Of a stretch of DNA of 64,000 nt, positions 39,399 through 51,229 are shown piece by piece. Within the stretch, counting starts at the first letter, position 1; each line of letters opens with the position of its first letter. A program made the translations under genes and the position numbers. The DNA comes from Octopus bimaculoides (taxonomy: Eukaryota), in contig NC_068996.1 in assembly GCF_001194135.2 (NCBI RefSeq), positions 6,535,152 through 6,599,151 of the forward strand. Direction: 5' to 3'. Below the pieces are notes generated by a model that worked only from the letters and a program-made list of their open reading frames with translations, was not told the origin of the DNA and did no database searches.

Positions 39399-40434
39399 CT
39401 GCAATAAACAACATCAAGAGAGGCTTGAACAGATATTTTCTTTATTTTATATATTTAGATAGATTGTTGGTAACTGAAGCTGTTAGTAAAAATCCCGTAA
39501 AAAAAAGTAAGGAAAAGAAAAAAGGTAAGCCATTGTGCTTTCAGATATTTTTGTTCTAAGTTTATCATCTCTTTTCCCCTGACACAAAAGGTTTCACTTC
39601 ATTTCTTTATCAAAAAATTTGGGTGTTTGAAGGTTTCTAAACCCTGAATATCTTCCTCAAATGCCATAATCTTTTTTTTTTTTATATTTACTCTGGTAAA
39701 TAACCTCTCTTCTGTATAATGTCAAGAAATTCACTTGAAACAAGCCAACATTCACTATTTTGCCTTGCATTTTATTCTTGTATAAATTTATCCTCTGTTT
39801 TGTCAAGCTGCATGACCAAATGGTTAGGTCTCTGGGCTTACAGCAATAATATTGTGAGAAGGGGCAGTGCTGTATTGTGTTCTTAAACAAGATGCTTAAT
39901 TTCACATTGCCCCAGCCTGCTCAGTTATGAATGGTTACTAGTTGAGTGCTGGTACAGCCCTTTTTCTTTCCAGCTGTCACAAACTAGGTATTCTGCTCGA
40001 TTATGGATGAGGGAGTTGAGAGAGTGTCTGTATCTGTTTGTGATGACATAGGACGCTAAAACACATAGCAAAAGCATTGTACATGTAACCAAGCAATACT
40101 TGTTCATTGGTGACTTCTGGCTGTACTGTATTGTACTTCCACTTCAGGATGTTTGAAGCTAATTCTACATGCAGCAAATTCTTCTTTCCAATCACATTTC
40201 ACTTGCTGTATATACAGCTTTTAAATCAATGAAAAGGCTTGGAGTCTTTTCTTGCATTAAACCATGGCTCATATGTATATTATGCTTATTTTGATTCTCT
40301 AACGAAATAATCAATAACATTTCTATTTCAATAATTAAATCACTGTGTTGCTTAGTGACAACTGTAGCTTTCATTTGGACAGAGTCTTTTACTGTCTTCA
40401 TTATTCTTACTCTGTCCATTAAAATTTGTCTTAC

Positions 40435-40680
40435 CACCAGTACCAGCACCACTGCCATCATCGTCACTATCATCATCATTACCACTATTTCCACTACTAC
40501 CATGACTACCATTGTTGTTGTTGTCAATACCACCAACACCACTACCACCACCATCACCATTATTGTCACCACCACCATTACCATCATCACCACCATTACC
40601 ACTACCACCACCATCCATTACAACCACTGGCACCACCACCTCCACCACTCTCACCACCATCACCATCATCATTATTGTTA
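40435..40680. repeat. Cryptic (CAC/CAT)n low-complexity tract
   Basis: Explains the six overlapping T/H/V/G-rich ORFs. Confidence 0.92.
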
Positions 40681-41018
40681 ATTTTACAAGTATTATTAGG
40701 AAATAATTGGAAAAACGTGTTCTTGTTTCTAAAATTGATTGTTGCTTGATTCAATATTGCCACTGATTTGTCTGACCAACTGATGTTACTGTTGAATGAC
40801 CATTTAGTTAGGAAGATAACCATTTTATAGAATTGTTATGTTTTGACACAGACTATGAAATCATAATAATGGAGAAAAATATATACATTTTGGTTTTAAC
40901 AACTATATAGAATTTTTTTTAATATATTTTAGTTCTAATCCAGCAAAAGTCAGTTTTGTCTTTCAACTTTCTGGGTCTAGTAAATGAAATATCTGTGAAA
41001 TACTAAGTCAATTCTTCT

Positions 41019-41019
<1 letters not shown>

Positions 41020-41063
<44 letters not shown>

Positions 41064-41166
41064 ACTCCACTTTCCATCTCTCTCTCTCTACCTCTCTCCA
41101 CCCTCTTGGCACATCTCTCTTTCTCAGCCTATTCTTTCTTACCCACAGTCTTCCACTCTTTTTCAT

Positions 41167-41198
<32 letters not shown>

Positions 41199-41310
41199 CC
41201 ACTCTTTATCACCCTCACTTTCTCCTCACTCTTTCCATTTCCCACCCTGCTCTCTGGCTGCCCCCCCCCCATCTCCCTCCTTTCCTCCCCTACATTTCTC
41301 CCCACTTCTC
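41020..41310. repeat. (CT)n / pyrimidine-rich tract
   Basis: Direct reading. Confidence 0.92.
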
Positions 41311-41532
41311 TCTCTTTAGTAATGTTATTCCGTAATAATGACAACTATTTCTTCAGAAATGACAAAGAATGGAATAGGAGATAAGCAACCTCTTCTCAAA
41401 TAGAAACGGACATGCTATTATTGAAATTGTTCTAGAATGGATCTTAAGTGTCATGTGGTATAAGATGAAAGAAATTCTAATTATTGAAATTTTAATAAAT
41501 TATGTGATTATTATTCCTTTTAATATTTTTAA

Positions 41533-42385
41533 GGCAGCATGCTGGCAGAATCATTAACACGTTGGGCAAAATACTCAGTGACATTTCATCTGTCTTTACG
41601 TTTTGAGCTCAAATGCCGCTAAGGTTGATTTTGCCTTTCATCTTTTTGGGGTTGATGAAATAAATACCAGTTGAACTTTGGGGTTGATGTAATCAATTTA
41701 CTCCCTCCCTTGAAAATTGCTGGTTTGTGTCCAAAATTTGAAATCATTATTAATATTTTGAGTCTGCTTCAAATTTTCCCATTAGGCGTAGGAGTGGCTG
41801 TGTGGTAAGTAGCTTGCTTACCAACCATATGGTTCCGGGTTCAGTCCCACTGCGTGGCACTTTGGGCAAGTGTCTTCTACTATAGCCTCAGGCTGACCAA
41901 AGCCTTGTGAGTGGATTTGGTAGACGGAAACTGAAAGAAGCCCGTCATATATATGTATGTGTGTGTATATGTTTGTGTGTCTGTGTTTGTCTCCCCAACA
42001 TTGCTTGACAACCGTACTTATTTTATCAACCCTGAAAGGAGGAAAGGGCAAAAATCAACCTCAGCGGAATTTGAACTCAGAACATAAAAGACAGACAAAA
42101 TGCTGCTAAGCATTTCTGCCTGGCGTGCTAACATTTCTGCCAATTCACCATCCTCTGTAGAGTTATAATATCGATTTCGAGTTTTGGCACAAAGCCAGCA
42201 ATATTGAGGGAGGCGGTAAGTCGATTAGGTCGACCCCAGGATACAACTGATACTTATTTTATCGACCTCGAAAGGATGAAAGGCAAAGTCATCTGCGGTA
42301 GCATTTGAACACCGAACATAAAGACAGACAATGATGCTAAACATTTGCCTGAAGCAGTAATGATTCTGCCAGCTCGCTGCCTTGA
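41533..42385. mobile_element. SINE cluster: SINE-2 (+, 41533-41755), SINE-1 (+, 41786-42012), two SINE-2 (-, 42015-42385)
   Basis: ggagtggctgtgtggtaag...ggttcagtccc head of SINE-1; aaaggatgaaaggcaaag domains of SINE-2. Confidence 0.82.
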
Positions 42386-42517
42386 GTAGAGATACATTAA
42401 AACATGTTTGTTTTTGTCAACATTTGATCTTAAAGACTCTCATTTACACCCATTTTATCTTCTAGAAATTTTGATTTCTTGAAATCATCTCCCTTGGCTG
42501 TTTTTTTTTTTTTTCAG

Positions 42518-42662
42518 TCATAAATATTCCTAGACGGAGTTTTTCTCAACTAATAGCATGGATAATCTCACTTGTTCAAAGTTTTACAGCTCACTACCTT
42601 CCTGTATATCTCAGTAGCTATGACTGCAGATCACTCATTAACATTGTTGCTGTCTTGTTCAG
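42518..42662 (+). CDS. Candidate exon (INIPRRSFSQLIAWIISLVQSFTAHYLPVYLSSYDCRSLINIVAVLF)
   Basis: Poly-T + CAG acceptor, CAG|GTAAGC donor, one open frame; the donor lies in a degenerate repeat tail. Confidence 0.22.
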
Positions 42663-43827
42663 GTAAGCCAAGCACTGATTCAGCTGATTTATGACTGAAA
42701 CCTTTCCACTCATGAACATCTCATTGATATTTTTCTTTTCAGATATTGTGTGCCTGGGACCTCATTACCAAATGTGTTCTTTCTCTTTTATGACAGTAAA
42801 ATGTGATTTGAGAGAGAGGTTTGGCTGCTATTTCTTGAAGGTTGCAAGGTATTGTAGAAGCTCTTACATTAGCTCAAAGAAATAGGGAAAATATCAGTAG
42901 ATTCGATCCTGCTGCACAGAGTCTTGTGTGGTTTCTGTCATTACTTCACATTAACAGGAGCTGTCCATGTGTATGAAATTTCGTTTCAGAAACTGTGAAA
43001 CCTCATCAGAATGATGGGTTTTTAAAAATATTTTCTGTTTATTTATGGTGGTTCATTGAATCCCCTGCTTGGCTTCCCATCCAAATATCTATGCATGTGT
43101 AAGGGCCCAGTCCTATTTTTGTATGTATTTCATTAGTATAGAACCATAGAAGAACCATAACATACAGTGTGTTGACTTGCTTGTAGAGTTTCCAAAAATA
43201 TGATTGTATTGAACTAAAGTTTAAGTCTCACTTTAACTGTTTGGTTCATATGGAGGAATTAGTATTTCTCACTAGCACCACATATAGAAAAAGATAGTGC
43301 TAAAGAAGGAGTTTCTTTGTGACCATTTGACCTGCCAGAGGTAGCAGCTAAATATACTTCATATCACACCCCAGTGTCTTAAAAATTATGGACACATTGA
43401 TTGATGTAGTTTGTATTAAGATTATCATGATTAGAATGTCTCTGAACATGAATCTTTCGGATCAGAGCTGCCCTGGGGTTAAATATTTACAATACCAACA
43501 ACTTACTCTTGGTGCAGCATTTACCATAACAGTCTTTACTAAGAAGGGATAAGGAATTAAGGTTCACAAGACATTTTCATTTCTAAAGTCACTGGTTATG
43601 GAACAAAGACATAATAGCAATTTAAACACTAAAATATTAATTTCAAATTTTGACACAAGGCCGGCAAGTTTGAGGGAGGGGTAAGTTGATTACATCAAAC
43701 CCAATTCTCAGCAGGTATTTATCTCATCAACTGTGAAAGGATGAAAGGCAAAGTTGACCTCAGTGGTATTTGAACTCAGAATGTTACAATAGACGAAATG
43801 CCACTAAGCATTTTGCCTGGCTTACGC

Positions 43828-44228
43828 TTTTACTCTTTTACTTGTTTGAGTCATTTGACTGCGGCCATGCTGGGGCACCACCTTTTAGTCGAGCAAATCG
43901 ACCCCAGGACTTATTCATTGGATGCCTAGTACTTATTCTATCGGTCTCTTTTGCCAAACCACTAAATTACGGGGAAGTAAACACACCAGCATCGGTTGTC
44001 AAGTGAAGTTGGGGGGACAAACACAGACACACAAACATACACACATACATATATATATATACATATATACGACAGGCTTCTTTCAGTTTCTGTCTACCAA
44101 ATCCACTCACAAGGCTTTGGTTGGCCCGAGGCTATAGTAGAAGACACTTGCCCAAGGTGCCACACAGTGGAACTGAACCCAGAACCATGTGGTTGGTAAG
44201 CAAGCTACTTACCACACAGCCACTCCTG
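43828..44228 (-). mobile_element. Full-length young SINE-1 nested in a SINE-2 copy (43640-44260)
   Basis: A/B boxes, accttgggcaagtgtctt CORE-like segment, (TA/CA) linker and ggccgcagtcaaatgactcaaacaagtaaaaga tail; the host resumes at tgctaac...gtcagc. Resembles octopus OK/OR-type SINEs from memory. Confidence 0.9.
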
Positions 44229-44459
44229 TGCCTACTTGCTAACAGTCCTGTCAGCTTGCCACTTTTAAACACTAAAATATTGTTATTGAAAATAAAAATC
44301 CATTTCAACGATCATCTTAATCTTTTTTTGTTTTCCTTATAGAGAACAAGTTATATTTTACCACTTGAAAACTCAGTCATGAATTCATGAATAACTCCTT
44401 GATTTTTTTTTCCCCCCATTTCACTTTATCCATTTTGTGAACCTTATTCTTTTCTGAAG

Positions 44460-44599
44460 CTTACCTGGCAAAGTCCTTTCTGAACCATTGCAAAATCAAA
44501 GAGAAGTAGAAGTCTATCAAAGTCATGCATTAATTTGCATCCATCCAAACAGCATCCAATCAATGCCATACCATGTCTGTGGCTCACAAAAAAAAAAAC
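44460..44599 (+). CDS. Candidate exon (LPGKVLSEPLQNQREVEVYQSHALICIHPNSIQSMPYHVCGSQKKK)
   Basis: Long pyrimidine tract + AG, AC|GTGAGT donor, one open frame; contains an A11 run, which is unusual for coding DNA. Confidence 0.22.
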
Positions 44600-45879
44600 G
44601 TGAGTAAAAAAAACCCCACATTCAGGCAGTCATAAAGTGCCTTTTGAGTGGGTGCACTCATGCGTGCATCGCATGTTGTTCAGCAAAACAGATTGTGCTA
44701 CCAAGCATATGATGATATAGTGCAGTAACTCTATATCTATAAAATATTTTGAAAGATATAAGAAACACCTTTGTTACTGCCTTGTGTACTTTTGGCTCTT
44801 GTATTTATAGTATACAATACTTTTAATTTTGTTACTTGAGTTATCAAATAAGTTTACTAACTTATAAAACAGTGTGTGCTTCATTTTTGCCTCTTCAGCA
44901 ACAGCACGATATTTTTAGTATTCACTCTCTCATTAGTTAAGCACATTAACTTTTGACAATTTGCTGTGCTTGAGAAGACATGCCAAGCTAAATAAAATCA
45001 TGGCCATCCATACCTACAGGCATGTCCTTTACAGCTATAACTCTGCTTCCCCTCCCACATGCATAATTCTGTTCTCTGGCAAAACTTACCCACAACCATC
45101 TCCCCAGACCCCCACCATCCAGTGTTGGACCCTCCAGTTCAACATCACTTGCTATCGATAAATATCTTCCCTCATACTCTTATGGTACACCTCCTCTGTT
45201 GCCTCCATGCTACTTATACTCCTCCCTATTCCCTGTGGGTAGGCCCTCTACCTCTCACTCTGTTTATCTTTCTCTCTCTCTCTCCTACCTCCCTCTGCTT
45301 CTTTGTTCTACTGGGGTAGCCAAGTATTTCCTCTGTAGAAAGACACCTGTGCCTGTTTCTCTACAATACTCCAACCTCTTGCCTGACACATGGTCACTTC
45401 TCTCAGTTCCTCTCCCTCTCTCAGCTGAAACATCCCTGTCTTACAAGCCACTTAGCAACCTCAAGGGTACTGGTGCGATGTAAAAGGTGCCCATGTTGGT
45501 ACCAAGTAAAATGCACCCATGCTGGCACCACATAAAGCGCATCCATGCCAGTACCTTATAAAAAGCACTCCTGTTGGTGCCACATAAAAAGCACCCATGC
45601 TGGCAACATGTAAAAAGCACCCATGCTAGCGCCACGTACACAAGAAAACCTGTGTCAGGGCCATGTAAAAAAGCACCTGTGTAGGCCCCATGTAAAAAAA
45701 AATACCAAGCTGATGCCAAGTAAAAAGCACCCATGCTGGCCTCACATAACAAGCACCAAGTACTCTCTGTAATGTGATTGGTGTTAGAAAGGGTATCCAG
45801 CCATAGAAATCATGCCAAACAGATGACAGGGGCCTGATGTAGCTCTCTGGTTTGCCAGCTCCTGTAAAACTGTCGAACC

Positions 45880-46176
45880 GATTCTATATTTAAGAGATGA
45901 GGAATTATGTACATTATTTACATTTGACAGGCATATGGCATAGTGGTTAAAAGCGCGGGCTACTAACCCCAAGATTCTGAGTTCAATTCCAGGTAGTAAC
46001 CTGGATAATAATAACAATAATAATAATAATAACATCGAAAATACCGTAGGAATGAGAACCCAGGTTTGAAGTTTCCCCACAACACCTGATGATGAAGGCT
46101 GGAGTGTATATCAGCCGAAACGTTGTGTTAACAACAAATAAGATGAGGACAAATATCTGTCAAATGTAAATAATGT
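45880..46176 (+). mobile_element. tRNA-headed SINE with a Penelope-like hammerhead tail and an inverted 3'-end copy
   Basis: A-box TGGCATAGTGG, B-box GAGTTCAATTCC, (TAA)n linker, hammerhead at 46081-46129, perfect 20-bp inverted repeat 45911-45930/46157-46176. Confidence 0.8.
46081..46129 (+). ncRNA. Minimal type I hammerhead ribozyme motif (this copy has an extra TGA)
   Basis: AACAC-CTGATGA-[TGA]-A-GGCTG(gagtgtatat)CAGCC-GAA-ACGT-T-GTGTT. Confidence 0.72.
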
Positions 46177-46628
46177 CCAACCAATGCTAGCATGGAATGT
46201 GGACATTAAAAAAATGATGATAATGATCACCATCATCATCATCATCATCATCATCTGGTGAATTCAGCCAATATTGAACAAAACAAAGTCTATACAATAT
46301 TCCACAGACACCTAAGTATAAATATATGACTCACAGGGTGACATTCAATCAACATTCAGTTTGGTTAATATCATGTTTCTATGAATGTATCTAGGGTGTC
46401 GAAAGATTCATGACTGTGTATATAGGTTGAAAATCCTTTATCCAAAATCCCAAAATCTGATACCCACCAGATCAGAAAGTTTTTGGGATGTTAGTGGATT
46501 TTATATATAGGATACTGATAAGTTGCTAAACTTTGCAGCTGACTGTGATATTTGCAATGACATACCTTCTCTCTCAAGTTTCTCAAACCTGATGTAGTTC
46601 TTATGTCTGGGTCTGTAGATATCTTCGT

Positions 46629-47006
46629 CTTTGTAAGCAGCAATCTCCAAGCTTTTTATTTATTTTTTTTTTTTGTTCTTTCTTTGTACACAAAGTGCAT
46701 GAGATCTGAACGTCATCTCCATGTTTGAGTGTAACAATCAAATGTCATTTCTTGTACATTGCTTTAAAATACTTAGGCAGCATGCTGGCAGAATCGGTAG
46801 CACACCGGGCGANNNNNNNNNNCTTTGTAAGCAGCAATCTCCAAGCTTTTTATTTATTTTTTTTTTTTGTTCTTTCTTTGTACACAAAGTGCATGAGATC
46901 TGAACGTCATCTCCATGTTTGAGTGTAACAATCAAATGTCATTTCTTGTACATTGCTTTAAAATACTTAGGCAGCATGCTGGCAGAATCGGTAGCACACC
47001 GGGCGA
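46629..47006. other. 184-bp duplication across a 10-N gap (unmerged contig overlap)
   Basis: 46629-46812 equals 46823-47006. Confidence 0.88.
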
Positions 47007-47987
47007 AACGCTCAGCAGTATTTCATCTGTCTTTATGTTCTGAGTTCAAATTCCACTGAGGTTGACTTTGCCTTTCATCCTTTCGGGGCTGATAAATTAA
47101 GAACCACTTGCGTACTGAGGTCAATTAAATTGACTGGACCCTTCCGTCAAAATTTCGAGCCTTATGCCTAGAGTAGAAGGATTATTTTAAAATACATTTT
47201 TTTTCCTTTTCTTGATTTCTAATCATGTTCATTGTTTTTCTGTTTTTTTTTTTTTTTTTTACCTTACTTGAAACCCAATACCTGTATAGCAAAAAAAAAA
47301 AANNNNNNNNNNATGTACTATAAACTATGACCTCATTGGTAGAAAATGACACTTCCCATTTCTGGTGGTATTTTATCTTTTACTTGTTTCAGTCATTAGA
47401 CCGTGGCCATGCTGGGGCACCACCTCGAATTTTTAATCGATTGAATTGACCCTGGTACTTATTTTTTTAAAGCCTGACACTTTGTTGTGATTTTATGTAA
47501 TCATGTAGATTGTAGAAAAGCTTTCTGATGTATTTTATAGTTCTCAGATACAGCCGTTTGATTACTTAAAATAACCATAGATTTTGAACCCATTTCATCT
47601 AACTTTGTGCATTTGAATTATAATAAAGTGTCATTAGAATATCAAATGGAAAGTAAAAATGAGTGAATTCAATATTAATCAGGTGAATATATCGGTTCCT
47701 TTGTTTAAATATGTAGACCCTTCTTTTGTTTGAGTATGTGGACTTGTGCCGGATATTAATATTGTATATTTGTATCTTACTGAATAAATTAAAGTGTGTA
47801 TATTGTTTTCAAGAGCTGGTTGAATTATAAGCAAATCAAAGCCTAAATGAACGGCTTTCTTTTTTGAAGTGTCAGTATACTTCACACTTATTCTTTCAGT
47901 CTCTGTTGCTGAACAACTAAGTTATGGAGATGTAAACACACCAACACTGGTGTTTGCTTTAAGTGTTTACTTTAATTCACTGATATA

Positions 47988-48300
47988 ATCATCATCATCA
48001 TCACCGTCGTTTAACGTCTGCTTTCCATGCTAGCATGGGTTGGACGATTTGACTGAGGACTGGTGAAACCGGATGGCTACACCAGGCTCCAATCTGATCT
48101 GGCAGAGTTTCTACAGCTGGATGCCCTTCCTAACGCCAACCACTCAGAGAGTGTAGTGGGTGCTTTTTACGTGCCACCGGCACAAAGGCCAATCAGGCGG
48201 TACTGGCAACGGCCATGCTCAAAATGGTGTATTTTATGTTCCACCCGCACAAGAGCCAGTCCAGGGGCACTGGCAACGATCTCGCTCGAAAGTCCTTATA
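47988..48300 (-). mobile_element. RTE 3' end, young copy
   Basis: Near-identical to 3881-4319 in reverse orientation. Confidence 0.9.
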
Positions 48301-48452
48301 CATGCTGCGGGCACAATATATGCATATATATGTACGTGCTGTGCATGCGTATGTACATGTGGATAAACTTGCTCTTGTGGGTGTACATATCATGGTAGAA
48401 AACAAAACAAATGTATATATTTCATTACTGTTTATGTGAGCATGTGTGTATA

Positions 48453-48777
48453 CATGATCTGATCAATAAGTATCCAAACTGTTGCCATAGTAACGGAGCT
48501 AAAGCATGTGCCAAGTGAAGCCACTTGGCACAGATTGACCTTGAACTCTGCTGTGCATGTGGACTAAGTTTTAATGTTCTAGCTCACCTCTGCTAGATCG
48601 CACGCTACACATGTTCCTTCCAAGCACTTCTGTAAACAGCAGAAGTCAGTTAGAATGTTAAAACTTAGTGCTCATGCACAGCAGAGTTCAAGGTCAATCT
48701 TTGCCAAGCAGTTTCACTTTGCATGCTTCAGCTTCATTACTATGACAGCAGTCTGGGTACTTATTGATCAGACCCCA
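48453..48777. mobile_element. Mariner-derived fold-back MITE
   Basis: TA flanks; ends tctgatcaataagta...cc..actg; imperfect arms of about 140 bp (gattgaccttgaactctgctgtgcatg / catgcacagcagagttcaaggtcaatc). Confidence 0.85.
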
Positions 48778-48781
48778 TATA

Positions 48782-48975
48782 CAAGGTGGTGCTGAAAAGT
48801 TCCTGGCTTTGGGCAAAAGAAAATACAGGAGAATCAGTTGTGATTTTATTCAACATATGCTCTTCTCAGATTCACACACTTATTGCAGCGGCCTTTCAGT
48901 TTTTCTAAACCCTGTAAAGAAACTCGAAAGGTTGGGCCTCCAGCCTGGCCTTTTGTGATATCTTTAAAACCAGAA
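48782..48975 (-). mobile_element. Mariner right end with transposase C-terminus remnant
   Basis: TA|caaggtggtgctgaaaagttcc TIR; minus strand encodes LQGLEKLKGRCNKCVNLRRAYVE*. Confidence 0.8.
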
Positions 48976-49184
48976 ACTTGTGACTGTGTGATTGTGTGCA
49001 TATGTTCGCCCAAGAGCCTCAAATGGAGAGTCTCAGAAATGTTTTACAAAGTTTTCTCTGTACCTCTTAGCAATTATATCTGAAGAATGTGGATCAGTCT
49101 GTTCTGTTCTTTTCTTGTGGGGAAACCCATGCATTTCTAGGTTTCTATGCAGCTCTGTTGTAACCCAATGCACCTATAACAATG

Positions 49185-49620
49185 GGAACAAATTAAGTGG
49201 AAAACACATGGAAGTGGAAGGCCCAGGAAGGCATGAGATGAAGTACTGAAAAACAACCTTAGGATGCTGAACCTTTCAGGTGAGATGACAAAGGACCGAA
49301 ATGCCTAGCACCTTACTGTACTCCACAGCAGAAGTGTTAAGACTGGTTCCTCTGGCGGTGTAAGGCACTCATGGTGGTGCCATTTAGAAGCTCCCATGTG
49401 GCACCATGTAAAAGCACTCATGCAGTGTCACATAAAATTACCTGTGCAGTGTTACGTAAAAACACCCAGCACACTCTATAAAGTGGTTGGTGTTAGAAAG
49501 GGCATCCAGGAGTAGAAACTATACCAAATCAGACTGGATTGCAGCTCCCCAGCTTGCCAGCCCTGGTCAAACTGTCCAACCCATGCCAGCATGGACAACA
49601 AATGTTAAATGATGATGATG
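49185..49620 (+). mobile_element. Old RTE 3' fragment
   Basis: Degraded VEG..PRK..DEVLKNNLRMLNL-like ORF end, subrepeats and (GAT)n tail. Confidence 0.75.
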
Positions 49621-50694
49621 GTAGTGGTGGAGGTGGTGGTGGCAGTGGCAGTGGTGGCAGCGGTGGCAGCAGCAGCAGCAACGATGACGATGACAATGAT
49701 GGATGTATGTATGTATGTATAATCATTGTCATTTAATGTCCGCCTTCCATGCTGGCATTTGTGTATGAGCATATATATGTCTATATACATCCATATCTAT
49801 ATATATATAAATATATATGTTTGTTTTGTGTGTGTGTTATGTATCTATATGTATCCATCTGCATATCTGTCTGTATGACTGTGTATCTGTCTGTCTATAT
49901 GTATGTGTATGTATGTTTGTATGTATGTATGTATGTATGTATGTGTGTATGTATGTAAGTAAGAATATATATGCAGTACCCTGGACAAACGTCTTGTACT
50001 GTAGCCTCTGATCCTTTATGCTAATGAGCTTGTAATCATTCACATAATGGTTATATGTGTTCATGTTGATACCATATTAATATTCTCAAAAATACATCTT
50101 TCAAAATCAACAGTGCAGGAAATTCCAACAGCTTAAGCTCTCCTTTCTGTTCCTAAAACTTTTTTTCATTCTAAAACCTTATTTTGTTCTCCCTTTATGT
50201 CTTTCTCTTCCAATTAATCATATGCCTTAATCATTATTTATTTATTTATCATTTTATTCATCTAAATTAATACTATAATAGTCAACCTATCCTTCTTCAG
50301 ACAGTTGTTCTGTCTTAGGACCCATATCTTCCTTTGAAGCCCAATTTCTTTGATAAACCTATTTTATTATTTATTTTTAGTTCTTCTGATTCTTTGAATT
50401 TCTATTTTCTTAATTAAAATTCTTTTTTGACTTTGTTGTGTTTATCTTCTGTTTCTCTCTCTGGATTTGTAACTGATCTCTGGTTATTGCTCTCTTAAAG
50501 CAAATCATAAATGGTAACCTGCTGAGTACATCTATCATCTTTGGATATGTACTGTGTCCCCTTACTCTCTATCATAAAGTTGATGTTTGAGATTACCATG
50601 AACCGTTCTGAAGATCAGTCAGTTAGTTTACCACTTAGCACACTTGTGTGTTTGGGTGCACACACACATATGTATATCTATATGTATATTTTAT

Positions 50695-50955
50695 ATTGAA
50701 GCTCAGATGTCTGGCAAGTGACTTGGTAGACACCCACAAGATTATCCATCATCTTTCCAACAATAGCCTTGGTCTCCTTTTTTGAATTTCATATCTAATA
50801 ACCATGGACATGCTTACAAAATCAAAAATTAACACAGTGTCCATGACTTTTGGAAACATTTTTTCGCAGTTAGAATTGCTGAAGTATGGAATAAACTACC
50901 TGCATCAGTTGCTAGCTGTCTAGACCCTATATCTTTCAAAACTTCCATGCTGGTG
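50695..50955 (+). mobile_element. CR1-clade LINE 3' fragment
   Basis: HGHAYKI...HDFWKHFFAVRIAEVWNKLPASVASCLDPISFKT. Confidence 0.8.
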
Positions 50956-51229
50956 ATCCTTCGGTAGTAGTCCTAGAAATGTCATTTAGACCACGTGTGT
51001 TTATTTACATCACTTCGGCATTTTCCATAAAAAGTGTTGAGTTAGGGAAGTGGGAAAGGATGCGAAAGAAATAGAGAGAGCACGATTTCTTTTGAAGTTG
51101 GCATGCTACTTACCACAGTGGTTGTGGTAAGCAGCAAACAACAATCATAAACAAAAAAAAAACATACCTTCTCTCTCTCTCTCTAAAGAAATAAAAATAT
51201 AAGATTTCAGCTTTCAAATGACATATGAA

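Larger units (their letters stand above)
44960..46240 (+). mobile_element. Old RTE 3' end with a long UTR and a ~28-bp subrepeat array, interrupted at about 45880-46176
   Basis: Starts AVLEKTCQAK*; about 10 aaaagcacccatgctggc-like units at 45470-45760; terminal ...aaactgtc|caacc.atgctagcatgg is split by the insert. Confidence 0.8.

Noticed and set aside
45931-46000. Possible tRNA gene (also the SINE heads at 41786, 35920, 56882)
   Set aside because: No closing acceptor stem or T-run terminator; these continue into repeat bodies.
46629-47006. Exact 184-bp tandem duplication
   Set aside because: It straddles a 10-N gap, the typical signature of an unmerged contig overlap.
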